From IMG/VR virus record IMGVR_UViG_3300007512_000011, positions 32,001-96,000 of that record: DNA of 64,000 nucleotides. The stretch is one strand, 5' to 3'. Position numbers and translations under genes: made by a program. The stretch comes from a virus. Below are positions 20,859 to 30,884 of the stretch, piece by piece. The notes under the pieces are model-generated. The model had not been told where the DNA came from and did not search any database. It was given only the letters and a program-made list of their open reading frames with translations. Every line of letters starts with the position of its first letter. Position 1 is the first letter of the stretch.

Positions 20859-22739
20859 TTAAATGCCGACATACTTGTCAATAATTGCCCAACCGTTTCC
20901 AGCACCGAGACAGATTAAAGTATGGCTAGTTTGATTTTCAATGCTTCCTATATTAGATGCTGCTCCGTCGATGACTGCACCATTTCTTGCTATTGTCAAT
21001 GAGTTGCCACCGCCGCTTCCCCCTGAGTCGAGTCTTTTTATGATGTATTTTCTTCCTACAATTGCATCTGCTGCTGGTGGTAATGTTAGTGTTACATTGC
21101 CTCCATTACAATCTGCAATTGCTACAGTGTGAGTCTCATCAAGTGCATGATTGCTAGCAAAGCTTGAGACCAGAAAACCAACAGATCCGCTAACCTGGAG
21201 TGTTGAACCTGGATTTGGAGCATTGATCCCAACTCTTCCAGATCCTGTGACAACTAAAAGATCAACGTAGCTATCAGAGCGAAGAGAGAGGAGGTTATCA
21301 GTATCTGTGCCAACAATCTGTACAGTCGCTGTTGGACTGTCGGTTCCAAACCCGAATGTTCCTTCACTTTCATCAAAATAGAAACCCGTCGTTGTATTGT
21401 TACCGTATAGATGAAAGTCTCGATTCGTTGTGTCAAGCTTGTTTTTGCCGGAATGAGCCATCAACGTCATGAAAGCGTCACTATTCGTGGTAGTGCCCAT
21501 CATCAGCTTGAGCCCGCCGCCAACCTCGAGATCTATCCGATAGTTACTAGTCGTATCATCAAGACGTAAAACAGAATCCGCGCCCACTATGTGTAGGATT
21601 TCTGCTGGAGAACCTGTTCCAATTCCAAGATTGCCCGATACAACTAGATCTCCGCCAAAGGCTGCGTGATTAATAGTTCCGCCGATTGCACCAGACACGA
21701 ACCAGTTCACGTCTGATCCTGGTGTACCTTCCTTAAAGAAGGATACAGTGTCTAAGGTTGGGTCTATATTAAGAACATGAATCTCAGCAGATGTGTCGAC
21801 TCTCATTCCGTACATAGAGTAAAAAGTTCCACTACTAAATAAATCTCCTCCAAAGACTGATGTTCCTCTAGCAGTAGTTCCTCGAGACGATATTGAACCT
21901 GAGACAAGGAAGTTTGTATCGGTTCCGGAAACTGTGTTGGATGCTATGGAAATCGAATCATTTCCCGCATCTACAAATAGCATGTGATTATTATTGTCAC
22001 TTTCTACACGAAAATCATTTGTAGCATGTCCGTCGTCGTTTAAAACTACACCGGCAGAATTTACTGTAAGTGCTAGATCATTTGTATTGTGAATTTTTGT
22101 TTGGAAATTTGACTCACCATGATTAATGTGAAATACTTCATTGCCAGCGTGGAGATATAAAGCTTTTGTTTCATTAGGCGATTCTACTATAAAATCAACA
22201 TCGGCGGCATTATCATTAAAAGTAATTTTATCTTGGGAACCATCTTCTACTATCGAAACAAAAGTAACGCCGCCAGCAACTAATTCCATTTGATCATTAG
22301 CCGGCATTCCAATGTATGTGTCACCATCCCCTCGACGTTTTAGATAATCCCTAAAACTTAAATCACCATTAACTGTGAGTGCCTCTACTTGTGTCGGAAT
22401 TCCACCTGCTGATGTTTCACCGATTGCAACTTTTCCATCACCCCGGACCCTGAACACTGTTGTTATCCCAGATTCCACATCAAATAAATTTGTTCCAGTT
22501 CCACTTCCATCACTGGTTACCTTTAGTCCGTGACCTTGACTATTTTGATCATTGTCAATAACAGCCGCATATTTGCCTGAAAGACTGGTGTATAAATCTA
22601 AAGCCGGGCTAGATTCAGCTCCTGAAACTACCATGCTTCCTGTTACAATTACAGTTCCATTACCACAATCAGTACCGCTTACAATAATTCCTTGGTTAAA
22701 CCGCAGGGTGGTGATACCGAAGTTTCTCTTTGTTGCCAC
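20859..22739 (-). CDS. Tail fibre-like protein (626 aa)
   Basis: GNLGIGTGSP and GRVGINAPNP fibre motifs, DFRVES modules shared with the 1825-aa protein, C-terminal VTLTLP...G...IIK domain. Confidence 0.7.
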   Translation of the reverse strand: MATKRNFGITTLRFNQGIIVSGTDCGNGTVIVTGSMVVSGAESSPALDLYTSLSGKYAAVIDNDQNSQGHGLKVTSDGSGTGTNLFDVESGITTVFRVRGDGKVAIGETSAGGIPTQVEALTVNGDLSFRDYLKRRGDGDTYIGMPANDQMELVAGGVTFVSIVEDGSQDKITFNDNAADVDFIVESPNETKALYLHAGNEVFHINHGESNFQTKIHNTNDLALTVNSAGVVLNDDGHATNDFRVESDNNNHMLFVDAGNDSISIASNTVSGTDTNFLVSGSISSRGTTARGTSVFGGDLFSSGTFYSMYGMRVDTSAEIHVLNIDPTLDTVSFFKEGTPGSDVNWFVSGAIGGTINHAAFGGDLVVSGNLGIGTGSPAEILHIVGADSVLRLDDTTSNYRIDLEVGGGLKLMMGTTTNSDAFMTLMAHSGKNKLDTTNRDFHLYGNNTTTGFYFDESEGTFGFGTDSPTATVQIVGTDTDNLLSLRSDSYVDLLVVTGSGRVGINAPNPGSTLQVSGSVGFLVSSFASNHALDETHTVAIADCNGGNVTLTLPPAADAIVGRKYIIKRLDSGGSGGGNSLTIARNGAVIDGAASNIGSIENQTSHTLICLGAGNGWAIIDKYVGI

Positions 22740-22813
22740 AAAAACCTCACAGCGCTATGACACATGCGCAATATATTAAATATCACAGAGGTTATTAATT
22801 GGGCCGGCTATTA

Positions 22814-23758
22814 TTATTCAGTGTCCATACAGTATATCGGCTCATTCTTAACAGCATTAAGAAGATTCGGTAAATCTAAGCCGGCACAATCTTTTTTTGA
22901 CTTAGTGAAATTATAATGATTACAGAATCCATGAAACTTTCCCCTCTCGCAGTCTTTGTGAACACCTGTTTCAATATGCCCGTTTGAATTTTTAGGATAC
23001 TCTAGAGGAATTCCGTGGCCAATGTGGATAGCCTTCCATAGGGCCTTTAACGCTTCAAGTTGCACTGGGTAAAAATCCAAAAAGGGATCTAATTTCTTTC
23101 CGTGAACCCAGGCATTCTCCTGTATCGGCCTCTCCCCGAAGCCATGGTTGACATACCAATCTTGATACTTGAGATAGTACGCATTTGATATCTCAACTCC
23201 AATCCCTTTTGTGTTTCCTCCTTCAAATCGAGGTATGCCAGCATGCCATGCTTTATGCTGGGTATCTAGCATCTGAAAGATTGTTCCATCATTATCGATA
23301 AGAAAATGAACTGATACCTTGCGGTTATTTAAAACTCTCGCACAAGACTCTGCGCTGAGACATACGTCCCAGTGGTTTACAAAGAATGTCGGTTTTCGAT
23401 CGGGTTTCCCAGAATAATCAGTGTAGCAACCTTTTTTCGATTTAAACCCACTGGGCTCATCCCAAAGAATGACATTATTCCACTCGATCGGAATAAATGA
23501 TCCGTTGTGGACAATGTGTTTGTCACCAGAAGTAGATACATGTCTTCTTGACTTGTAAGATGAAATATTTGCCTCTCTCTCTGTCCAAATCCTTCTGTAC
23601 GTCGCAGGACCCACTAAGCCATCTGCTGTTAAACCATTTTTTTTCTGCCACTTCTGAACTGCTTTTACCAGGTTGACATCAAATTCATCACAGCCGAACC
23701 ACGCGGGATTCCACCCAAGACTGGCTGCGCTTGAACTATTGTAAAAATCCTTATCCAT
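22814..23758 (-). CDS. Endolysin: peptidoglycan-binding domain plus N-acetylmuramoyl-L-alanine amidase (Amidase_2)
   Basis: AVQKWQKKNGLTADGLVGPAT PG-binding motif. SVHFLID-x-DG-x-I-x-Q, AWHAG, GIGVEI and H...K-x-DC amidase motifs. Confidence 0.9.
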   Translation of the reverse strand: MDKDFYNSSSAASLGWNPAWFGCDEFDVNLVKAVQKWQKKNGLTADGLVGPATYRRIWTEREANISSYKSRRHVSTSGDKHIVHNGSFIPIEWNNVILWDEPSGFKSKKGCYTDYSGKPDRKPTFFVNHWDVCLSAESCARVLNNRKVSVHFLIDNDGTIFQMLDTQHKAWHAGIPRFEGGNTKGIGVEISNAYYLKYQDWYVNHGFGERPIQENAWVHGKKLDPFLDFYPVQLEALKALWKAIHIGHGIPLEYPKNSNGHIETGVHKDCERGKFHGFCNHYNFTKSKKDCAGLDLPNLLNAVKNEPIYCMDTE

Positions 23759-24185
23759 CTTTATCTGATCCTGTATCCTTGAGAGATGCTAGGGATGACC
23801 TGTCTTTATATTTTTTCTTAACTTTGTCACTTATAGGAATGGCTTCTCCGTCGCCGTCGACCCTAAGGTAGGTTATCTCTGTTTCACAAACTGCTTTTTG
23901 TGTGCCATTGTATGGGCTGTGCCTGCGAGCTTCAAGTCTAATAATAATAGATGTGTTTCCAACACTTAAAACCTTACCATATATCTTGATAAGATGACCG
24001 GGTCTAACTGGTTTTTTAAAAATGCATTCTGCCATCTTTAGTGTCACCATTCTAGGTGTGTCACAGCACTGGCCTGCATATGCTCCACCTGCTTCATCGA
24101 GCCATGAAAGCATCACGCCTCCAAATAAATTACCGTGGACACCAATATTTTGCCCCTTGCATATGTGAGTTGAAATAAGCTCCAT
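23751..24185 (-). CDS. Hotdog-fold acyl-CoA thioesterase (YciA-like)
   Basis: HGNLFGGVMLSWLDEAG, FKKPV and VGNTS motifs. Confidence 0.88.
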   Translation of the reverse strand: MELISTHICKGQNIGVHGNLFGGVMLSWLDEAGGAYAGQCCDTPRMVTLKMAECIFKKPVRPGHLIKIYGKVLSVGNTSIIIRLEARRHSPYNGTQKAVCETEITYLRVDGDGEAIPISDKVKKKYKDRSSLASLKDTGSDKDG

Positions 24186-24193
24186 TTAAGTAC

Positions 24194-24796
24194 TTATTCA
24201 AAGTCTATATCAACAGAAATCTTAATATTGAACTTTGGTACTCTCAGCTGATTTGCAAGACCGTGCTTTTTAGTCTCGTCGGGATCTAAAAACCAGTCAG
24301 CATGTCCTTTTTTATGCACGATTTTCAGAAAATAATCATCTCTCTTGCCACAGTTTCTTGCCATCATTGTGTAAACAATGTTGTTTAATCTCTCTGTTTC
24401 CTCAGCAGATGCCTTGAGCTCTTCGACCTTTCCCCTTTCCATTGATGATACGTCATGTATCATCACAGTGGCATTCGGATCCATAAATCTCATTCCATCT
24501 GTACCGAAGGAAAACAAGATAGCACCACAAGACATCGCCTTGCCCTCTACAATAGTTGCTATTGGTAATTCTGAATGCTTTACTGCGCTAATCATTGACA
24601 TCAAGCTATAGACTTGACCGCCGTATGAATCAATTACGACTGGAATGACTTTTTGACCAGTGTTGTGAGCCTGTGCAATCTCCTGGCTAAATGTCTTTGC
24701 AGCATCTTCATCGAACTTATTGACTCGAATTATAACAGGATTTTTTCTTAGCTCAACTTCTTTTATTTCTGGTGATATTTCTGTTGTCCACTTCAC
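24194..24796 (-). CDS. ClpP-family serine protease
   Basis: IDSYGG, GKAMSCG (catalytic Ser), MIHD (His) and DWFL (Asp). Confidence 0.88.
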   Translation of the reverse strand: MKWTTEISPEIKEVELRKNPVIIRVNKFDEDAAKTFSQEIAQAHNTGQKVIPVVIDSYGGQVYSLMSMISAVKHSELPIATIVEGKAMSCGAILFSFGTDGMRFMDPNATVMIHDVSSMERGKVEELKASAEETERLNNIVYTMMARNCGKRDDYFLKIVHKKGHADWFLDPDETKKHGLANQLRVPKFNIKISVDIDFE

Positions 24797-24808
24797 ACTT
24801 TTCTCACT

Positions 24809-27274
24809 TTAACCGCACTTAGAAGAACCGCACGATTTACATGTAACACATCCTTCCTGGTAAATAAGCGAACGTTCAGCATGACAGGTATCACAAACCT
24901 TATCCTCATGTGCTCTCTCACCATTCTTAATGTAACTTTTCAACACCCTTGCTACAACCCGAGAAAAAGAAAATAAATCAGCGTCCTTATCCTTTTGTAG
25001 CTGTTCAACAATGTAGTGAATTGGCGCACCGTGGCGTAATGCCAGTGAAATTGTTCTAGTAAACCCAGCATGATTGGGATTGTCAAAGACAGAAACAACA
25101 TCTTTAATCACAAACTCATCACCATTTTTTCCAATTCTTAAATCGTATATAGAATTTTTTGTCTTTCTTGGGTGCTTAACAATAATTCCAAAAGAGTGTT
25201 TCTTTGGTATTTCAATGTACTTTTGGAGACCACCAATTACCTCATAAGGTCTTCCGCCGAGCAAGCCCACAAGGATTGTCCAGGCTTCACCCTTAATTGT
25301 GGCATGATGAATATTACAAGGTAGCTCACTGGGCCTGACGGGTGCATCGTGTGTTTTAAATCTAGTTTTCTTCTTTCGACTTCCTGAGACTAGCACACCA
25401 GATCTGCACCCATCTCGATAAACAGTCACACCTTTGCATCCGGATCTCCACCCCGTTATATAGATCTCCTTAACCGTCTCAACATCAGTATCAGTAGGAA
25501 TATTTGTGGTATTTGAAATTGCATGACATACCCACTTCTGGGCAGCTGCTTGCATTCTTACCTTATTGATCCAGTTAATTTCATTGGCAGTAGATTTATG
25601 ATACGGAGACTTAGATGGATCATCCTCATTTCCTGTGATATTCATCCACTGTTTGTACCCGTGGTGATACACATTATACTCCTGCCACTTGTCTCCGACA
25701 TCATCGATAAAATCTACACTAGCATTGACATCCTGACCAGTTATTTTCTTTCTACGTGTGTAGCTAAGAAGATATGCAGGTTCAATTCCGCTTGTTGTCT
25801 GCGTAAGGGTTGACACAGATCCTGCAGGAGCTGTGGTTGTCAATGCGATATTTCTACGTCCGTGTCGCTTACACATTTCATAAACGTCAGGTGCTGCCTT
25901 CCACACTCTGCGCAAAAACTCATGATCCTCTTCTCGTGAATGGTCATGAACTGGAAATGAACCCCTCTCTTCTGCAAGATGACATGAAGATCTATATGCA
26001 TTAATGCACAGCGTCTTATAAATTTTTTCAACAATCTTAATAGACTTATCAGACCCATACTCAACTCCCAAAGAAGCGAGTGTATCTCCTACAGCAGTTA
26101 CTCCTAATCCCGTGCGACGACCTTTGAGTGCCATATCCTTAATCTTTACCCAGAGATTTTTCTCAATTGCCTTGACCTCGTCGGTCTCCGGATCTGCATC
26201 AATCTTAGCCAAAATTTTATCGACCTGCTCAATTTCAAGATCAATCATATCATCCATGAGCCTTTGTGCTTTTTGAGTTACCTCAGACATACCCTCAAAA
26301 TCAAATTTTGAATCTGAGCCATATGGATTTAAAACAAACGAAGATAGATTTATTAGCATTAATCTACATGAATCATATGGGCTCAAAATTATTTCACCGC
26401 AAGGGTTGGTTGAAGTTGACCCAAATCCAATATCTGCATAGGCATCAGAGGGTGTGAGATTGATTGCATTATCCCAAAAGAGCAATCCAGGCTCTGCAGA
26501 AGCATGTGCTGACGAAACTATCTCATGCCAGATCTCTCTTGCATCATCCATTACAGTTATTTGTGGAGAATCTTCATCTACTGGAAAGCGTAACTCAACA
26601 TCACTTCCCTTTTCCACTGCCTTCATAAATTCATCAGACAGTCTTATCGAAATATTGGCGCCTGTAACACGATCAAGTTTTCGCTTAATCTTAATAAAAT
26701 CTCGAATTTGTGGATGATGGACAGATATTGTCAGCATTAATGCACCGCGTCTTCCACCTTGCGCGACTTCTCGACATGAATTAGAATATCTGTCCATAAA
26801 TACTTCAATTCCATCAGTTGTCTTTGCTGCATTACCAGTCCCAAGACCCTTGGGCCGAATTGTGCTAAGATCAAAGCCCACGCCGCCGCGGCGCTTTGCA
26901 ATCTGAACCAGCTCCTGATCTGTCTTTAGTATTCCGCCGTAAGAATCACGTGGCGACTCTATGACAAAGCAATTGGATAATGATTGAATAAAGTGATCAT
27001 TTCCAATGCCTGACATCGGACTTCCCTGTGGAACAATATATGTGAAATTCTTGAAGAGGCTGTAGATTTCTTCTTCTGTCATTGGGTTGGGATACTTTTT
27101 CTCAATTCTGGCAAATTCTGAAGCTAAGCGTCGGTGCATATCATCAGGTGTGACTTCGAGATAATCTCCCTCCTTGTCACAGAGAGCATACTTTGTCGCA
27201 AAAACATTTGCTGCAAGATTATCATCACCAAAATATTCCAAACTTCTTCTGATAACTTCATCAAACTCTGCCAC
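24809..27274 (-). CDS. nrdJ: Class II (adenosylcobalamin-dependent) ribonucleotide reductase
   Basis: SNCFV, RRGALM, ANISI, TNPCGEI, APAGS, KGVTVYRDG and a C-terminal CxxC...CxxCG zinc ribbon. No beta-subunit gene is adjacent. Confidence 0.87.
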   Translation of the reverse strand: MAEFDEVIRRSLEYFGDDNLAANVFATKYALCDKEGDYLEVTPDDMHRRLASEFARIEKKYPNPMTEEEIYSLFKNFTYIVPQGSPMSGIGNDHFIQSLSNCFVIESPRDSYGGILKTDQELVQIAKRRGGVGFDLSTIRPKGLGTGNAAKTTDGIEVFMDRYSNSCREVAQGGRRGALMLTISVHHPQIRDFIKIKRKLDRVTGANISIRLSDEFMKAVEKGSDVELRFPVDEDSPQITVMDDAREIWHEIVSSAHASAEPGLLFWDNAINLTPSDAYADIGFGSTSTNPCGEIILSPYDSCRLMLINLSSFVLNPYGSDSKFDFEGMSEVTQKAQRLMDDMIDLEIEQVDKILAKIDADPETDEVKAIEKNLWVKIKDMALKGRRTGLGVTAVGDTLASLGVEYGSDKSIKIVEKIYKTLCINAYRSSCHLAEERGSFPVHDHSREEDHEFLRRVWKAAPDVYEMCKRHGRRNIALTTTAPAGSVSTLTQTTSGIEPAYLLSYTRRKKITGQDVNASVDFIDDVGDKWQEYNVYHHGYKQWMNITGNEDDPSKSPYHKSTANEINWINKVRMQAAAQKWVCHAISNTTNIPTDTDVETVKEIYITGWRSGCKGVTVYRDGCRSGVLVSGSRKKKTRFKTHDAPVRPSELPCNIHHATIKGEAWTILVGLLGGRPYEVIGGLQKYIEIPKKHSFGIIVKHPRKTKNSIYDLRIGKNGDEFVIKDVVSVFDNPNHAGFTRTISLALRHGAPIHYIVEQLQKDKDADLFSFSRVVARVLKSYIKNGERAHEDKVCDTCHAERSLIYQEGCVTCKSCGSSKCG

Positions 27275-27297
27275 AATTTCTCCAATTAAAACGGCCT

Positions 27298-28668
27298 TTA
27301 GCCTTCATTTATTTCTTTCCATTTGCTTCGCAGCAAACCTTTCATCGCGTCTCGGTCAGATGACATTATCTCATTCAAGGACATTTCAGCGTCTTCTTCT
27401 AAAATAACTAATTTAGACCTTGACGTATCGAGATTTATCGGAAACAAAATTCCATCTCGGCCCGCTCTATTTTTTGCAATGAATAGTCGACCAGCTCCCG
27501 AGGCCTTTTCTATTGGCTTACGAGAAAGGGATAATACAACATCTGCAACCATTGCCTTGCCATATGCCTCTGACATGTTCTCTAAACCCACCACTGAAGA
27601 ATTTGCCGATTCTCGATTTGCCTGTGATGCTGTCCAAATCGGTATATTCATATCCATTGCCAAATTTCTCAATTCTTCATAAATCAATTTGAGCTCATGC
27701 CTTAAATTTTCATACTTTCTGGACGATCTCATGATGTCTGCGTAATCAATAATTATCAAACTTGGAGCAAAAGACTTGAGTAAAACCTTCTCAATATGGT
27801 TTCTCAAAGTCATCACAGAGGCAGACCCGGTTGGAAAGGACTTTATAATTAATCGACCCAAGTCTGATCCCTCATATTTCTTTAAAACTTCATCTTTTCG
27901 ATCAATGACCTCATGGCTAGGAACATCTGTCAAGTTCGAATCATATCTCAATCCAACTGCTGTTTCTGACAACTCAAATGTGTAGTGAATCACATTCTTA
28001 CCTACCCTTAATGCTTCACATCCTGTGTGAACCAGAAAGTGAGACTTGCCCACACCAGTGTTGGCAATGATCACGCCTATCTCCCCCCTTCCTAGCCCAC
28101 CATTTAAAACTGTCTTCTTGTCAAGATGAGCTAATCCTGTCGGGCATGTTATTCTTGAAATCGTTTCAAATCTAGCACTAGCGTCTATAAAAAAATCATG
28201 ACCAAGGCTCGAGGGAGTTCCTACTGCCAAGGCATCCTTCATTAAATCAACAACACATTCATATTTGTCTGTAGAAACCATTTCAACCGCTTTTTCAAGT
28301 GCTGCTCGAAGTGCCTGTTTCCGACAAAAATCAAGTGTCTTATCTTTTACAAATTGTAAGTCTCCAACATCAGGATTCGTCTTAATTCGGTGCAGAAAAT
28401 CTACGATCTGATCTCGTAAGAGAATGTCTGCACCCTCCTTTAGATCATCTCTCACTATTGTTATAAGCAGAGAGAGTGTCGGAAATGCCTTGTATTTTAG
28501 ATAATAGTTGAAATATCTCTCAGTAAGATACCTGAGATATTTTACATCAAAGTACTCCGGAGTCATCATCTCAGTCATTTGTGCTGACCATTTTTGATCA
28601 GTCAAAAAACACTGAAAAATCTTTTCTTCGAAGCTTTTTCCGTACTGTTTAAAGTGTGCAACAGGCAT
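27298..28668 (-). CDS. Replicative helicase (DnaB / T4 gp41-like)
   Basis: Walker A ANTGVGKS, IIIDYAD, TASQANR and KNRAG. Confidence 0.93.
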   Translation of the reverse strand: MPVAHFKQYGKSFEEKIFQCFLTDQKWSAQMTEMMTPEYFDVKYLRYLTERYFNYYLKYKAFPTLSLLITIVRDDLKEGADILLRDQIVDFLHRIKTNPDVGDLQFVKDKTLDFCRKQALRAALEKAVEMVSTDKYECVVDLMKDALAVGTPSSLGHDFFIDASARFETISRITCPTGLAHLDKKTVLNGGLGRGEIGVIIANTGVGKSHFLVHTGCEALRVGKNVIHYTFELSETAVGLRYDSNLTDVPSHEVIDRKDEVLKKYEGSDLGRLIIKSFPTGSASVMTLRNHIEKVLLKSFAPSLIIIDYADIMRSSRKYENLRHELKLIYEELRNLAMDMNIPIWTASQANRESANSSVVGLENMSEAYGKAMVADVVLSLSRKPIEKASGAGRLFIAKNRAGRDGILFPINLDTSRSKLVILEEDAEMSLNEIMSSDRDAMKGLLRSKWKEINEG

Positions 28669-29639
28669 TAAGATTTCTTTGTGCTGATGTAATTTAGAGC
28701 CAAAAATACTCTATCAACATTAAATGTCTGAATGCCTTCGTGCAAAAACATTCTCATCATCTGCATTTTATTCTTGGCTGGGCTGAAAGTATCAACAGTT
28801 TCGTTTATTCTTTTAATTTGCGATGCAGCAAGGTTAGAGGTGTCTAGATAAATTAGCTTCCAGTTTCTCTCTATTTTCGCCTTCGAACTAATAATTCTTT
28901 GAAAAACCTTCACCTTACTACCTTCCTGAATAGCTTTTTCAGCTTGCTCAACTATCTGATTGACATTTATGCTTTGCTTTCCAGCTAGATCTGGAAATCT
29001 CTTGGCCACAGTTTTAAACCCAGCACCTTTTACTCCGTCTATATTGTCTGATGCGTCACCACAGATTGATTTTGCTAGACAAAAATTGGTAGGTGATATT
29101 TTAAACTTTTCTGTAACCTCCTTTGAGGTTACCATCTTTTTCCATGTGGGTGAGTAAATAATAGTCTTGGAGTCTAGAAGTTGGTAAAAATCATGATCAG
29201 ATGAAACCACAAGCTTTCTCTTATTTGGAAACTTATATCGACACAGGTACCCTATAACATCGTCTGCTTCACACTCTGGAACGTAGATCTGGCAAATAGG
29301 GATATTTCCAATAAGTGAGACCAGAGTTGAAATTTGATGATTTCTATTTTGGACTGTATCAGGCAGGTCTTTCTCATAATACCTGTTAAGCTTTGCGGGT
29401 CTCCTGTGCTGTTTATACTCTTTAAAAATCGCCCGCTTTCGAGTTGATCCGCCACCTTCCCATACAATAATTGTTTGCTCTGGCTTATATCGCTCAATCA
29501 GATCAACAACAGCATAGAGAAATCCAACAATTCCACCAACGTGACCACCATTAGCGTTGACAGCAGGATGTGCAACATAGTGCCTTGTAAACAAATTCAA
29601 GGCATCTACAATTAGAATTACCCGGCCTTCATCGGTCAA
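28668..29639 (-). CDS. 5'-3' exonuclease / flap endonuclease (T4 RNase H, Pol I N-terminal-like)
   Basis: IVDALN, YKQHR, EADDVI, SSDHDFYQL and GDASDNIDGVKGAG. Confidence 0.93.
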   Translation of the reverse strand: MTDEGRVILIVDALNLFTRHYVAHPAVNANGGHVGGIVGFLYAVVDLIERYKPEQTIIVWEGGGSTRKRAIFKEYKQHRRPAKLNRYYEKDLPDTVQNRNHQISTLVSLIGNIPICQIYVPECEADDVIGYLCRYKFPNKRKLVVSSDHDFYQLLDSKTIIYSPTWKKMVTSKEVTEKFKISPTNFCLAKSICGDASDNIDGVKGAGFKTVAKRFPDLAGKQSINVNQIVEQAEKAIQEGSKVKVFQRIISSKAKIERNWKLIYLDTSNLAASQIKRINETVDTFSPAKNKMQMMRMFLHEGIQTFNVDRVFLALNYISTKKS

Positions 29640-30817
29640 TCTGTTGCCTCGAGACTACACTCACTCATAGCATCTGCTAAAGATTTCATCTCTTCATAGG
29701 ACTCTGTATCTATTTCTAGATTATCTTGATTAAACTTTTTCACCATTGCATATTCTAAGAGATCATCTATGTAAGCTGTATATTCGGGATTTCTCATTAT
29801 TTCACCAAACTTTGGCTTATGAAACTTCTTCTCAATAAGAATTTCACCAGTTTGTGTGTCTGTTACGGTTAGGCGCTTCCAAGAACCTGTTCCTGATACA
29901 GAGACCTCCTTTCCCTTGATCACTTCTGGCCCATGCTTTCTTAGCAGATCGAATATCTGCTCATGCTCCTTAATACCCACACCGAAGTGAATCTCAAAAT
30001 TAATCTTTCTAAAAGGAGGGGCGACCTTATTCTTAATGGTCTTAGCAGAAACATGAATACCGATCACATCATCACCATCCTTAATCTGCTGGCCAGCTCC
30101 TAGCTTGATTCTTGTGGAGGCATGAAATGGAATTGCCTTTCCTCCCGGTGTCGTATCAGGATCACCATACATCACTCCGATCTTAGTTCGAATCTGATTA
30201 AGGATTACAAATAGAACATTTTGATTTGCAATCACCCCTGTGATCTTTCTCATGCCCTTAGAAATCGCACGAGCTTGTAATCCGATGGACTCCTTATCAT
30301 AGTCTCCAATTAGCTCAGCCTTGGGTGATGATGCAGCAACAGAATCCCAGACAATGGTGATTGGCACATCCTTATCCATCGCCTTTGCCTTCATAATAGT
30401 CGCCTCTGCAATAGAGAGAACCTCTTCCGTGCAATGAGTGTCAACATACACAAATCTCTTTGACACATCAACGCCTAGCATCTTTAAGTTTTCTACAGAA
30501 GTCGCATTTTCTGTGTCAATATAAACAACAATTCCACCCATTTTTTGGGTTGTTCTAGCAATCTGTGTGGCTATGTGAGACTTTCCAATGGACGGTGGTC
30601 CAAAAACCTCTACAATTCTCCCTTCAGGAAGACCTCCACCCCTTCTATTAGAGCAAATATAGTCAAGCAGCTTTGACCCTGTTGAAATCCACCGCTCAAC
30701 ATGAGTCGGTGAAATATCCTGGCTGAGATTGTATGCTACCTGCGTGCCATGCTCCTTGTTTAGAGCATTAATTAAGTCTACAGTAAAATCCTGATTTGAC
30801 ATTCTTTCTCCACTCAT
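29636..30817 (-). CDS. recA: RecA/UvsX recombinase
   Basis: ISTGS, GLPEGRIVEVFGPPSIGKS, DSVAA, LQAR, NQIR, TPGGKA and KNKVAPPF. Start may be 30802. Confidence 0.95.
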   Translation of the reverse strand: MSGERMSNQDFTVDLINALNKEHGTQVAYNLSQDISPTHVERWISTGSKLLDYICSNRRGGGLPEGRIVEVFGPPSIGKSHIATQIARTTQKMGGIVVYIDTENATSVENLKMLGVDVSKRFVYVDTHCTEEVLSIAEATIMKAKAMDKDVPITIVWDSVAASSPKAELIGDYDKESIGLQARAISKGMRKITGVIANQNVLFVILNQIRTKIGVMYGDPDTTPGGKAIPFHASTRIKLGAGQQIKDGDDVIGIHVSAKTIKNKVAPPFRKINFEIHFGVGIKEHEQIFDLLRKHGPEVIKGKEVSVSGTGSWKRLTVTDTQTGEILIEKKFHKPKFGEIMRNPEYTAYIDDLLEYAMVKKFNQDNLEIDTESYEEMKSLADAMSECSLEATD

Positions 30818-30818
30818 T

Positions 30819-30848
30819 ATCTTACAGTGACAGAACAGGTATGTTCAA
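30819..30848 (-). promoter_or_regulatory. Putative sigma70-type promoter for recA
   Basis: TTGAAC-18 nt-TAAGAT. Confidence 0.4.
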
Positions 30849-30849
30849 G

Positions 30850-30872
30850 GCGGGGTGCGTGATGCACCCCGC
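30850..30872 (-). terminator. GC-rich hairpin downstream of the SSB gene (terminator or stabiliser)
   Basis: gcggggtgc/gcaccccgc 9-bp stem. The T-run lies 5' of the stem on the coding strand, so it is non-canonical. Confidence 0.5.
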
Positions 30873-30884
30873 AAAAAACAGAAA

